Made by a program: the position numbers and the translations under genes. Below, piece by piece: positions 46,857-56,170 of a stretch of 64,000 nt of DNA (its first letter is position 1; every line of letters starts with the position of its first letter). The notes under the pieces are model-generated. The model was given only the letters and a program-made list of their open reading frames with translations, did no database searches and was not told the DNA's origin. The stretch is from Eubacteriales bacterium (lineage in GTDB: Bacteria; Bacillota; Clostridia; Oscillospirales; CAG-272). The stretch spans positions 9,674-73,673 of the forward strand of contig JAZQKP010000038.1 of NCBI GenBank assembly GCA_045542275.1, written 5' to 3'.

Positions 46857-48632
46857 ATGAAAAAAAACAAGTCAGTTAAAAAATCCACATTAAAGGAAAT
46901 TTTGCACTACGTAAGAAATTATAAAATTCTTTTAGTGCTGTCAATTCTCTTTTCAACTGTTTCAGTTGCACTTACACTTTACATTCCTATCGTTTTAGGT
47001 AACGCCATTGACCTTATTGTAGGTAAAAACGCTGTTTTACTTGATGTGGTAGGAGAAATGCTTGTAAACACGGGAGTTATCGCTGTAATAATCGGCGTTC
47101 TCCAATGGCTTATTAACAACATCAATAATAAAATAACCTACAACGTAATCAAGGATGTACGTGATGAGGCCTTTGAAAAAATCGAAACTTTACCTCTTAA
47201 GTACATTGACTCCCGTTCCTACGGTGAGGTAGTTAATAAGGTTATTAATGATGTTGACCAGTTTGCAGACGGTCTTTTAATGGGCTTTACACAGCTGTTT
47301 ACCGGTATTGTTACAATTCTTGGAACACTTGTGTTTATGCTTACAATAAGCGTAAAAATAACCTTAGTAGTTGTTATTCTTACACCTGTTTCTCTTTTTG
47401 TAGCCAACTTTATTGCAAAAAATACTTATTCATTATTCCACACTCAGTCAAAAACAAGAGCTGACCAGACTGCATTTGTTGAAGAAATGCTTTCTAACCA
47501 GAAGATAGTTAAGGCTTTCGCCCATGAGGATGAGGCAACAGAGGAATTTGATAAGATAAATAACAAGCTTCAAAAATGCTCCGTTAAGGCTATATTCTTC
47601 TCATCCCTGGTAAATCCCTGTACAAGATTTGTAAACTCTCTTGTATATACTGCTGTTGCCCTTGTAGGCGCTTTTACAGTTATTAAAACAAGTGGTAGCG
47701 CTGACGCATTTACCGTTGGTGCGCTTACCTGCTTCTTAAGCTACGCAACACAGTATGCAAAGCCGTTTAATGAAATATCAGGCGTTATCAGTGAGCTTCA
47801 GAATGCACTTGCCTGCGCATCAAGAATTTTTGCATTTATTAAAGAGGACAGCGAGATTCCCGACGATGTAGATGCCTTTGTGCTTGAAGAGGCTGAGGGA
47901 AATATTGAAATTAGGGACGTAAGCTTCTCATATACAGAGGAGCAAAGCCTAATTGAAAATCTTAACCTTAATGTTAAGAAGGGACAAAGAATCGCTATTG
48001 TCGGTCCGACAGGCTGCGGTAAAACCACATTTATTAATCTTCTTATGAGATTTTATGATGTAAAATCCGGTTCTATCGCTGTTGACGGCCATGATATAAG
48101 AGATATAACAAGAAATTCCTTACGTGGAAGCTACGGTATGGTATTACAGGATACCTGGATAAGAAACGGTACTGTAAAGGAAAATATCGCCCTTGGTATG
48201 CCTGATGCAACAGATGAGCAGATTATTGCAGCTGCAAAATCATCTCACGCACATAGCTTTATCAAGAGATTGCCAAAGGGCTATGATACTGTACTTACAG
48301 AAAACGGCTCTATCCTTTCTCAGGGACAAAAGCAGCTCCTTTGCATAGCGAGAATTATGCTTTGCCTACCACCTATGCTTATTCTTGATGAGGCTACATC
48401 CTCAATAGATACACGTACAGAAATTAAAATTCAAGAGGCTTTTACCACACTTATGAAGGGCAGAACATCGTTTATTGTTGCTCATCGCCTTTCCACCATT
48501 CGCGATGCTGACCTTATTCTTGTAATGAAGGACGGCAATATTATTGAGCAAGGCACACATACTGCTCTGCTCCAACAAAACGGCTTCTATTCAAAGCTTT
48601 ATAACAGTCAGTTTGAAGCAACAGAGACCTAA
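46857..48632 (+). CDS. ABC exporter half-transporter (TMD-NBD), subunit with the consensus catalytic domain
   Basis: Walker A GPTGCGKTT, Walker B LILDEATSSID, H-loop AHR. The signature is degenerate (LSQGQKQL). ATG at 46857, 1 nt after the upstream stop, with an AAGGAG RBS. Confidence 0.9.
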   Translation: MKKNKSVKKSTLKEILHYVRNYKILLVLSILFSTVSVALTLYIPIVLGNAIDLIVGKNAVLLDVVGEMLVNTGVIAVIIGVLQWLINNINNKITYNVIKDVRDEAFEKIETLPLKYIDSRSYGEVVNKVINDVDQFADGLLMGFTQLFTGIVTILGTLVFMLTISVKITLVVVILTPVSLFVANFIAKNTYSLFHTQSKTRADQTAFVEEMLSNQKIVKAFAHEDEATEEFDKINNKLQKCSVKAIFFSSLVNPCTRFVNSLVYTAVALVGAFTVIKTSGSADAFTVGALTCFLSYATQYAKPFNEISGVISELQNALACASRIFAFIKEDSEIPDDVDAFVLEEAEGNIEIRDVSFSYTEEQSLIENLNLNVKKGQRIAIVGPTGCGKTTFINLLMRFYDVKSGSIAVDGHDIRDITRNSLRGSYGMVLQDTWIRNGTVKENIALGMPDATDEQIIAAAKSSHAHSFIKRLPKGYDTVLTENGSILSQGQKQLLCIARIMLCLPPMLILDEATSSIDTRTEIKIQEAFTTLMKGRTSFIVAHRLSTIRDADLILVMKDGNIIEQGTHTALLQQNGFYSKLYNSQFEATET

Positions 48633-48642
48633 GGAGGTTCCT

Positions 48643-49374
48643 ATGGCATTTTTAGAAAAACTTAAAAAATTCAGGTTTGGCTATTTAGTTTTAGCTATTC
48701 TTCTCTGCGCTTGCGGATTACTTATCATTATTTATCCAAATGAATCAATGACTACTGTAAGCTACATTATCGGCGCCGTTACACTTATCGGCGGTATAGT
48801 TCAGGTAATAAAAATTCTTGCCGACAGGCGTCGTGGCGCAGGCTTTGCATTTGCAATTATAACAGCAACTGTTACTATTATCTGCGCAATTATGGCACTT
48901 ATTTTCCCTGATATTGTAATGACTGTTTATCCTATGATTATTGGCTTGTTTATTATAATTGACGGTGCATTCAAGCTCCAGACAGTTGTAAATTCAAAAA
49001 GATACAATATGAAGATGTGGTGGTTCTTGCTTATCATATCATGTCTTACAATTTTCGGTGGATTCCTCTGTATAAGAGTTAGACTTACAGCTGACAATTT
49101 TGGTCTTTTCTCCTTTATTCTCGGTGCTTCACTTACAATATGCGGTCTTCAGAACTTTTTCTCCCTCTTCTATCTTGGCAGAATTGTTAAGCGTGCTTCT
49201 GTTGAGTATGAAAAGCATGCAACCGTTATTTCAGAGGATGCAGTTATTGCAGACTCATATGTTAACACCAATCCTAAGAGAATCAAGGAAGAAATTCTTC
49301 CCATAGAAGAAAAAAAGGTAGTAAATACAGTTGACTTTGAGGTTGAAGCTGAAAAGGAAAAAATCGAAGAATAA
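48643..49374 (+). CDS. DUF308/HdeD-like membrane protein with an acidic C-terminal tail
   Basis: Six short, glycine-punctuated TM helices, then a hydrophilic tail ending EVEAEKEKIEE. AAGGAGG RBS. The family call is from memory. Confidence 0.5.
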   Translation: MAFLEKLKKFRFGYLVLAILLCACGLLIIIYPNESMTTVSYIIGAVTLIGGIVQVIKILADRRRGAGFAFAIITATVTIICAIMALIFPDIVMTVYPMIIGLFIIIDGAFKLQTVVNSKRYNMKMWWFLLIISCLTIFGGFLCIRVRLTADNFGLFSFILGASLTICGLQNFFSLFYLGRIVKRASVEYEKHATVISEDAVIADSYVNTNPKRIKEEILPIEEKKVVNTVDFEVEAEKEKIEE

Positions 49375-49376
49375 CG

Positions 49377-49406
49377 AAAAAGCTGTTGCGATTGCAACAG
49401 CTTTTT
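49377..49406. terminator. bidirectional terminator between the DUF308 gene and the convergent TIGR03936 gene
   Basis: aaaa-agctgttgc-gatt-gcaacagct-tttt. Confidence 0.88.
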
Positions 49407-49410
49407 AGTT

Positions 49411-50097
49411 TTATTTAAATTCAGTTAAGTCCTCGCAGAGCATACGCTTTCTCATTATGGAATAGTATTCCTCTACGGGTGAACCGTTAAGCAGCTCAGT
49501 ATTGGATCTTATAGCATCAATTACAAGCTCGGGATTAAGATTTTTATCGTTACCACCGTAAAGGATAGCATTGATTTTAATCTTACCGTTTTCGTTTTCA
49601 ACCTTAAAGGATTTAATATATTCCTTAATGTTGATTTCCTTCTCGGTACCCTTTGATTTTTTTGTTACGTAAACATCACCTGAAAGAAGCTTGGTGATTT
49701 TATCTGCCGTATCTTCCTTTATTTCGGGAGAGGAAATTTCCATTTCATAATCAATGAAAACTATATTTTTAAGCTTAGATTCAGGAACGTAAACATCAAT
49801 GACCTTCATTTCATCAGGGAAATTACGGGCAAGGCGTTCCTTGATTTCCTCACATTCCATAAAGGAATTGATCTTTATATCCAAAAACTCGCATTCACTC
49901 TCTACACCGACAGGAAGAGGTACTGCAAATACAATTCTCGGCTGAGGGTTAAAGCCCTCGCTATACCAGATATCAATGCCTGCACGAAGCATTATTCTCT
50001 GCATTGTCTTTGCTGTATCAAGATGGGAAATGTACATAAGAGAGCCATATTTTTTAAACTTAACTCTGATTGGAATTATTTCATTTTGGGGCACCAT
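49411..50097 (-). CDS. TIGR03936 (DUF2344) radical-SAM-associated protein
   Basis: 228 aa with IRVKFKKYGSLMYISHLD...GFNPQPRIVFAVPLPVG, the family that always accompanies or is fused to TIGR03960. It overlaps the upstream gene by 22 nt. Confidence 0.75.
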   Translation of the reverse strand: MVPQNEIIPIRVKFKKYGSLMYISHLDTAKTMQRIMLRAGIDIWYSEGFNPQPRIVFAVPLPVGVESECEFLDIKINSFMECEEIKERLARNFPDEMKVIDVYVPESKLKNIVFIDYEMEISSPEIKEDTADKITKLLSGDVYVTKKSKGTEKEINIKEYIKSFKVENENGKIKINAILYGGNDKNLNPELVIDAIRSNTELLNGSPVEEYYSIMRKRMLCEDLTEFK

Positions 50098-51929
50098 GTT
50101 ACATCTCCTCCCAGTTTATTAGCTCCACAGCCTGAGCATTTTTCCTTACAGTTGGGGGTTGTTACGCTTTCATACGCCTTTTTGCTCTCGGAAATTAAGA
50201 ACTTCTTGCTTACGCCGATATCAATAACATCCCAAGGAAGAATTTCATCATATCCCATTCTTCGATTTGCATAGAATGAGGGGTCGATATTACACTTCTC
50301 GAATACATCCATCCACTTATCGTAATCAAAGTATTCGTCCCATGCATCAAAGCGCATTCCCTGCTTAACGGCGCACGCAATAGCCTTTGACAAGCGACGG
50401 TCACCCTTTGAGAATACAGCCTCAAGACGGGAAACCTTTGCCTCGTGCCAGTTGTATCTTACCTTACGGTCTGTAATCTTTTCGCCTAGGAATTTCTGCT
50501 TATCGCAAAGCTCCTCAAGGGAATTCTGTGGTTCCCATTGGAAGGGTGTGTGGGGCTTAGGTACAAAGCAAGAAACGGAAACCGTTACGCTAACAGGCTT
50601 TTTAGGTCTTGCTTGCTGTGGCATTTTATAGAATTCGTCAATTACGTGCTTTGCAAGGACGGAAATACCCTCTATATCCTCATAGGTTTCGGTTGGTAAG
50701 CCGTTCATGAAATAAAGCTTAACCATGCTCTTACCACCCTCAAATGCCAATCTTACAGCATTCATAAGGTCCTCTTCGTAAAGGTTCTTATTAATGGCAT
50801 CACGAAGACGCTGTGTACCTGCCTCAGGGGCAAAGGTAAGTCCCGACTGTCTTATAGAGCTTACCTTATCCATAAGCTCCTTGGTGAAACTGTCTGCACG
50901 GAGTGAGGGTAAGGAAAGATTTACCTTTGCGGGATTTGTCCACTCAAGAAGCATATCTGTTGCCTCATGCAAGCATGAATAGTCGCTGATTGAAAGTGAT
51001 GTAAGTGAAATTTCGTTATATCCTGTATTCTTGAAAATTTCCTTTGCCTGAGAATTAAGCACCTCGGCGCTCTTCTCTCTTACAGGACGGAAAACCATAC
51101 CTGCCTGACAGAAGCGACAGCCTCTTATACAGCCACGGAAGGTTTCAAGCATTATTCTGTCGTGGACTGTTTCGATAAATGGTATAATAGGCTTTAAAGG
51201 AAAGTATGACTTATTTAAGTCGGGTACTATTCTCTTAGCTACTCTTTTGGGAACGTCCTCATATTTAGGCTCAAAGGACTTGATGGTGCCGTCATCGTTA
51301 TATTCAACATCATAAAGTGACGGAACATAAAAGCCCTTTAAGTGAGATGCCTCACGAAGAAATGCGCTCTTTGTATATGTGCCGTCCTTTTTCATTTTCT
51401 TCATAAGGTTGGCAAGCTCAGGCAACGCCTCCTCGCCCTCTCCAATGCTGAAAATATCATAAAAATCGGCAACAGGCTCTGCATTATATGCGCAAGGTCC
51501 ACCTGCAAGCAATACAGGTACATCCTCTCCTCTATCCTTAGCATAAATAGGAAGGCCTGCAAGGTCTATCATATTTACAGCTGTTGTATAGCAAAGCTCG
51601 TACTGTAAGGATGTGGCAATAATGTCAAAGTCCTTTATACTGTCCTTACTTTCAAGTGCGAAAAGAGGGATGCTTAATTCCCTCATTTTCTCCTCCATAT
51701 CGGGCCAGGGTGCGTATACTCTTTCGCACCATACATCCTCAATATGATTAAGTGCGCCGTAAAGAATACGTACACCTAAGTTGGACATACCTATTTCGTA
51801 TGTATCGGGGAAGCAAAAGGCGATACGGAGATTGATTTTATTTTTATCCTTAACTATCTGTCCGAATTCTCCACCTGTATATCTACCTGGCTTGGAAACG
51901 GATTTTAAAACTGTGCTTAAATTCTGCAT
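50076..51929 (-). CDS. TIGR03960 family B12-binding-domain radical SAM protein
   Basis: 617 aa. N-terminal B12-like domain, CxxxCxxC cluster motif RGCIRGCRFCQAG, and C-terminal CSGCGA. Confidence 0.85.
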   Translation of the reverse strand: MQNLSTVLKSVSKPGRYTGGEFGQIVKDKNKINLRIAFCFPDTYEIGMSNLGVRILYGALNHIEDVWCERVYAPWPDMEEKMRELSIPLFALESKDSIKDFDIIATSLQYELCYTTAVNMIDLAGLPIYAKDRGEDVPVLLAGGPCAYNAEPVADFYDIFSIGEGEEALPELANLMKKMKKDGTYTKSAFLREASHLKGFYVPSLYDVEYNDDGTIKSFEPKYEDVPKRVAKRIVPDLNKSYFPLKPIIPFIETVHDRIMLETFRGCIRGCRFCQAGMVFRPVREKSAEVLNSQAKEIFKNTGYNEISLTSLSISDYSCLHEATDMLLEWTNPAKVNLSLPSLRADSFTKELMDKVSSIRQSGLTFAPEAGTQRLRDAINKNLYEEDLMNAVRLAFEGGKSMVKLYFMNGLPTETYEDIEGISVLAKHVIDEFYKMPQQARPKKPVSVTVSVSCFVPKPHTPFQWEPQNSLEELCDKQKFLGEKITDRKVRYNWHEAKVSRLEAVFSKGDRRLSKAIACAVKQGMRFDAWDEYFDYDKWMDVFEKCNIDPSFYANRRMGYDEILPWDVIDIGVSKKFLISESKKAYESVTTPNCKEKCSGCGANKLGGDVTWCPKMK

Positions 51930-51930
51930 T

Positions 51931-54093
51931 TTATTTTACTCTTGAAAGATATATTGCTGTTATAGCAAGCATTATAAGCAACCATGGAACATAGAAAAGA
52001 CCTACAAGCAAGGGAGCAAGCATCTTTATCTTTCCAAATACTGCAAAGCCTACAAGAAGCAAGCCACAAAGTGACGCAATAATCTTTACAATAAGATTAG
52101 CCTTTCTTATCTTAGTTATATTTCTGCATACTGGAATAGCCTTAAGTAAGGACTTGGATGCGCCCTTAGAGGCTATACCACTATCTACCTTATCAGACAC
52201 CTTAGACATTTGATCCTCTGCGCTAAGCTTAATTACGCAAAGCTCTGATTTATTGAATATAGTCTGCTTTTTGATGATTTCATTATTGATGTTAGGGTCA
52301 AAGGTACGGATGCCTACTGCTGTACCGTGCTTATTGAGTGAACGTACAGTAATGGCAAACTCCTCATCAATCATATAGTTGATATACATTTTTGCGCAGA
52401 GCTGACCGTTGCAAGCCATGTACATAATGCTTGTTTCCTCGCTTACGTCCTCTCTCTCCGCAGGAACCTCTATACCCTGAGATGCAATACCGTATCTGTC
52501 AGCGAAAATGATTGTATCATTATCTACCTTAACGCAAAGATAGCTTCTGCCACCACATACAAACTTAGTACGCTTACTTTTCTGGAAGGCATCACGTGTA
52601 GCTACCTCAAATACCTCTGCTAATGGGCCACCAACAGCGCTGAAGCCACTTGCAGCATAATAAAGCACCTTCTCAAGCTTATAATCGTTATAAACCTTGA
52701 AATTCTGAAGCTTTACATTATATGGTGGGAATGCAGTTGTATCATTAACAGACACTATCTTAATATCGGAATATTCATCTATTGTGCCCTCACCTATAAT
52801 AGCGACCTCATCATTAAAAAGCTTTTTGTTACCCATAAGGAATGGAACGCTATAGTTAAATAAGAAGCCGACAGGCATTGAAATAAGAAAACCGATATAC
52901 CATACAGAAAGTGCATCTGTAAATGAATGAGTACGAATAATTGAAATGATAAATAATACTATAGGTGCAATAAGAGCTGCAAGAGTGTATGGGTCAAGCA
53001 CGGATTTAACATCTGCAGACTCATTGGTTCTTGCAAAATATCTCTTGACAAAGTTAGCGCTATCTACCTTTATAATGTTACCGGAATAATTAACTGAAGT
53101 GGTTGAAAATGTTTCGTATTCTGCCTCTGCATCATCATTTGCAACCTTTGAAAATACAAATTTATTTTCCTTAGAGGAAATAACACTGAAGCCATACTTT
53201 TCTCTCACCACATTAAGATAAGAGTATAAAAGTGAAAAAACAAGAATTAGAGCAACAGGGAAATTGCACAGTGTCTGCTCAAAACCAAAAGGTACAAAAA
53301 TAAGTGTAATCAACGAGTATGCAACACCTACAACAAGTGAATATACTGCTATTGATTCAGGAATATGCTCCTTCGCCAGAATAGACTTTAACCCATAGAA
53401 AAGCTGCTCATACGCAAATGCTGCACATGCTAAAAGCAAAATCAAATCAATAAAGAAGAAAATATATGGATGCTCAGCTATATTCAAGCTGTCATAAAGC
53501 TTACTTGAGAAAAATCCTACATTCTCTACCAAAAGAAGTATAAACGCAAATACAGATGCAAGAATAAGCTTTACAGAAATGCTTCTCTTGGCATACTTAT
53601 ACATTCCTATAATTTCTTTTCTCTGCTGTCTGTCTGTATACTCATAATAATCCGAGTGAATATCCCCCTGTAATGCTTCAATCTCAGCAGTTGATGCATT
53701 TGTTTCCTCCATGCTAAGACTCTTACGTGTATTGCTGTCTATAATACCGAAGGTCTTCATAAAGCTATGCTGAGTTTCCACGGTATTAGCATATGTATCA
53801 TCGAAGCTTGGCTCTATTTTTCCACTATCATCGTGTCTGTTCCATGCGGAGTGAGGAATATCGCTTCCCTCGTCGCTCTTTCTTATTTTATCAGATACAC
53901 GCTTAAATATCTCCTGATTTGGTGAAACGAGCTCTCCCTCGTCATCATCATGCTTCATAAGCTCTTCATCTATTTGAAGTGTGTAGGGATTTCTCTGATA
54001 CGTTCTTCTTTCTCTGTCCTGCTGTTCTGTGGGCTCTTCTGATCTTCTTATGTTACCCGCATCTATTTCAAGCTGACCGTATCTATCTTCCAT
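51931..54093 (-). CDS. membrane protein resembling a P1B-type ATPase, with all catalytic motifs degenerate
   Basis: 720 aa. A charged ~170-aa N-terminus, then TM helices in a 4+2+2 layout with two cytoplasmic domains. Remnant motifs are listed under findings. Gaps to the flanking genes are 4 nt and 1 nt. Confidence 0.5.
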   Translation of the reverse strand: MEDRYGQLEIDAGNIRRSEEPTEQQDRERRTYQRNPYTLQIDEELMKHDDDEGELVSPNQEIFKRVSDKIRKSDEGSDIPHSAWNRHDDSGKIEPSFDDTYANTVETQHSFMKTFGIIDSNTRKSLSMEETNASTAEIEALQGDIHSDYYEYTDRQQRKEIIGMYKYAKRSISVKLILASVFAFILLLVENVGFFSSKLYDSLNIAEHPYIFFFIDLILLLACAAFAYEQLFYGLKSILAKEHIPESIAVYSLVVGVAYSLITLIFVPFGFEQTLCNFPVALILVFSLLYSYLNVVREKYGFSVISSKENKFVFSKVANDDAEAEYETFSTTSVNYSGNIIKVDSANFVKRYFARTNESADVKSVLDPYTLAALIAPIVLFIISIIRTHSFTDALSVWYIGFLISMPVGFLFNYSVPFLMGNKKLFNDEVAIIGEGTIDEYSDIKIVSVNDTTAFPPYNVKLQNFKVYNDYKLEKVLYYAASGFSAVGGPLAEVFEVATRDAFQKSKRTKFVCGGRSYLCVKVDNDTIIFADRYGIASQGIEVPAEREDVSEETSIMYMACNGQLCAKMYINYMIDEEFAITVRSLNKHGTAVGIRTFDPNINNEIIKKQTIFNKSELCVIKLSAEDQMSKVSDKVDSGIASKGASKSLLKAIPVCRNITKIRKANLIVKIIASLCGLLLVGFAVFGKIKMLAPLLVGLFYVPWLLIMLAITAIYLSRVK

Positions 54094-54097
54094 TTCA

Positions 54098-54955
54098 TTA
54101 CCTTCCTTCTCTCTGAATTCTTGCGGCGTGGCAAAGAATTACTGATGCGGCAGTAGACACATTAAGTGAATTTACCTTGCCGTACATAGGAATTGAAACA
54201 ATATAATCGCTTCTTTCCTTAATAAGCTTACCAACACCATTACCCTCAGAGCCTAAAATAATAGCTGCGGGGCAATTAAAATCTGTTTCGTAATAAGGAG
54301 TGCCTCCCGCCTCTGATGCAAATATCCAAAGGCCCTTTTTCTTAAGCTCCTCTATTGTTGTAGCGATATTGGAAACCTTGGCAATAGCCATATGCTCGAT
54401 CGCTCCTGCAGAGGATTTGTACACTGCAGGTGTAATTCCAACTGCGTGTCGCTTGGGAATAATAATACCGTGGGCACCTGAGCACTCGGCACATCTGATG
54501 ATAGCTCCAAGATTATGAGGATCTTCTATACAATCGCATATTACTATAAGAGGCTTTTCTCCTCTTTCTGCGGCAATAGCAAGAATATCATCAACATCAA
54601 CATAATCCTTCATAGCTGCCATAGCCACAACACCCTGATGATTTACACCACCACTGATAAAATCAAGCTTTCTCTGCTCAACCTCAACAACAGGGATTTT
54701 CTTTTCAAGCGCTTTTGCTACTATTACGGTAATTGAACCCTCGTGATTGCCCTTCCTTACATAAATTTTGTCAATTGTTCTGTCAGTCTTAAGAAGCTCG
54801 GAAACGGCATTTCTACCGCTTACAATTCCTGCCTCCTCGGGAACATCTATATATTCAGGCTTACTTCTTTCTCTGTCATAATGAGGACGAGATGATTTTT
54901 CACCTGATTTTTTGTCATTATTTTGATATTTTCTGTCGTTTTTCAATTTTTTCAC
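54098..54955 (-). CDS. rlmB: 23S rRNA (guanosine-2'-O)-methyltransferase, SpoU/TrmH family
   Basis: SpoU substrate-binding domain (GRNAVSELL) and SPOUT motifs (DPHNLGAIIRCAE, ILGSEGNGV, IPMYGKVNSLNVSTA). A basic ~40-aa N-terminal extension. The start is uncertain (GTG 54955 or TTG 54946). Confidence 0.85.
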   Translation of the reverse strand: MKKLKNDRKYQNNDKKSGEKSSRPHYDRERSKPEYIDVPEEAGIVSGRNAVSELLKTDRTIDKIYVRKGNHEGSITVIVAKALEKKIPVVEVEQRKLDFISGGVNHQGVVAMAAMKDYVDVDDILAIAAERGEKPLIVICDCIEDPHNLGAIIRCAECSGAHGIIIPKRHAVGITPAVYKSSAGAIEHMAIAKVSNIATTIEELKKKGLWIFASEAGGTPYYETDFNCPAAIILGSEGNGVGKLIKERSDYIVSIPMYGKVNSLNVSTAASVILCHAARIQREGR

Positions 54956-55028
54956 CCTTATTTTAAATATTTACATACATAATTATTTTAACATAAATAA
55001 ATTTGTTTGTACAGTATTTTTAAGAAAA

Positions 55029-55063
55029 TAAAAAAGACTTTTGCAATTTTGCAAAAGTCTTTT
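55029..55063 (-). terminator. rho-independent terminator downstream of the zinc-ribbon gene
   Basis: agacttttgcaa / ttgcaaaagtct palindrome flanked by an A run and a T run. Confidence 0.8.
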
Positions 55064-55154
55064 CTATAAAATCCTAAATCTTGTAAAACAAAAATATATT
55101 CAATTAATGCACCGAGTGCATATCAATAGTCAATATTCCCGTATATGCGAAATA

Positions 55155-55433
55155 TTAGAGATTTTTCATTTCTGCGAAGCATTCGCTGCAATAAACAGGC
55201 CTGTCGCTGTTAGGCTGGAAAGGAACCTTAGCTTCCTTGCCACATTTTGCGCAAGTTGTGGTAAACATTTCACGAGGAGCCTTTGTTGCATTCTTCTTTG
55301 CATCTCTGCAAGCCTTGCATCTCTGCGGCTCATTCTGAAATCCCTTTTCCTGGTAGAACTCCTGCTCACCTGCTGTGAACACGAACTCCTGACCACACTC
55401 TTTGCACTTTAATGTCTTGTCCTCAAACATCAT
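55155..55433 (-). CDS. small zinc-ribbon protein (two CxxC...CxxC units)
   Basis: About 92 aa: CKECGQEF...CKACR and CAKCGKEA...CSECF. AAGGAGA RBS before the ATGATG at 55433. Confidence 0.7.
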   Translation of the reverse strand: MMFEDKTLKCKECGQEFVFTAGEQEFYQEKGFQNEPQRCKACRDAKKNATKAPREMFTTTCAKCGKEAKVPFQPNSDRPVYCSECFAEMKNL

Positions 55434-55476
55434 TTTTCTCCTTACCATTAGGTATGTTATTTATACAAAGCTTTCG

Positions 55477-56028
55477 CTAGGTACCATTATTAGCTGTCCG
55501 TTTAAGCTTTGCCTTTATCCTATAAATAGCATTATTAACGGACTTTTCGCTCCTTAAGACCTTTTCTGAGATTTCCTTAGCCCTTTCACCGGCTAAATAA
55601 AAACCAAAGATCTTTTTTTCATAAGGCGATAAGCAATCCTGAGCAAGGGAAAAAAGTTTCTTTTCAAGTTCTCGCACTATCAGGGTATCCTGTGGATTTT
55701 CCAAATCGTAGTTATTTTTTGTATCAGAGCGCTTTTGTCTCTTTTTAGAGTTATGAACACGGACGCACGAAACCAGTCTATTCCTTATGCACACCTTAGC
55801 GTAAGCACCAAAGGTAATACCGGCTTCCTCCCTATATGACAATACAGAATTATAGAATGCCATTTTAGCTTCCTGAAGAAAATCGTCATATTGAGGTGAC
55901 GCAGCGCACATATCGGAATACTTTTTTGCCATACTAGTAACGAGGGCATTATACCTAGATAAAAGCTGCTCAAATGCAGCATCGTCTCCAGCCTTTACCC
56001 TGACAATATAGCATAAAATTTCTTCCAT
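55477..56028 (-). CDS. sigH: sigma-70 family sigma factor, SigH-like
   Basis: About 183 aa. ITFGAYAKVCIRNRLVSCVR parallels Bacillus SigH TSFKAFAELCITRQIITAIK. LSPYEKKIFGFYLAGERAKEISEKVLRSEKSVNNAIYRIKAKL parallels LSDLERKVLVLYLDGRSYQEIADELNRHVKSIDNALQRVKRKL. The rlmB neighbourhood also matches Bacillus. The symbol is tentative. Confidence 0.6.
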   Translation of the reverse strand: MEEILCYIVRVKAGDDAAFEQLLSRYNALVTSMAKKYSDMCAASPQYDDFLQEAKMAFYNSVLSYREEAGITFGAYAKVCIRNRLVSCVRVHNSKKRQKRSDTKNNYDLENPQDTLIVRELEKKLFSLAQDCLSPYEKKIFGFYLAGERAKEISEKVLRSEKSVNNAIYRIKAKLKRTANNGT

Positions 56029-56048
56029 ACACACTACTCCGTACAAAA

Positions 56049-56076
56049 ATTATATCATATTTATTTTAAATGTCAA
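56049..56076 (-). promoter_or_regulatory. sigma-A type promoter of the SigH-like gene
   Basis: Minus strand: TTGACA - 16 nt - TATAAT with TGa extended -10. Confidence 0.55.
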
Positions 56077-56170
56077 GCATTTTTTATCATATTTTTGAAA
56101 AATGACAAAAAAATTAGAGTTTTTTTGTATATATTAACCAAAACAATAACAAAAATCAACAAATTTTAAC

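Noticed and set aside
55041-55412. A 123-aa plus-strand ORF and a 76-aa minus-strand alternative frame overlapping the zinc-ribbon gene.
   Set aside because: The minus-strand frame 55155-55433 gives a coherent double CxxC zinc-ribbon protein with an RBS. The others are overlapping frames without motifs.
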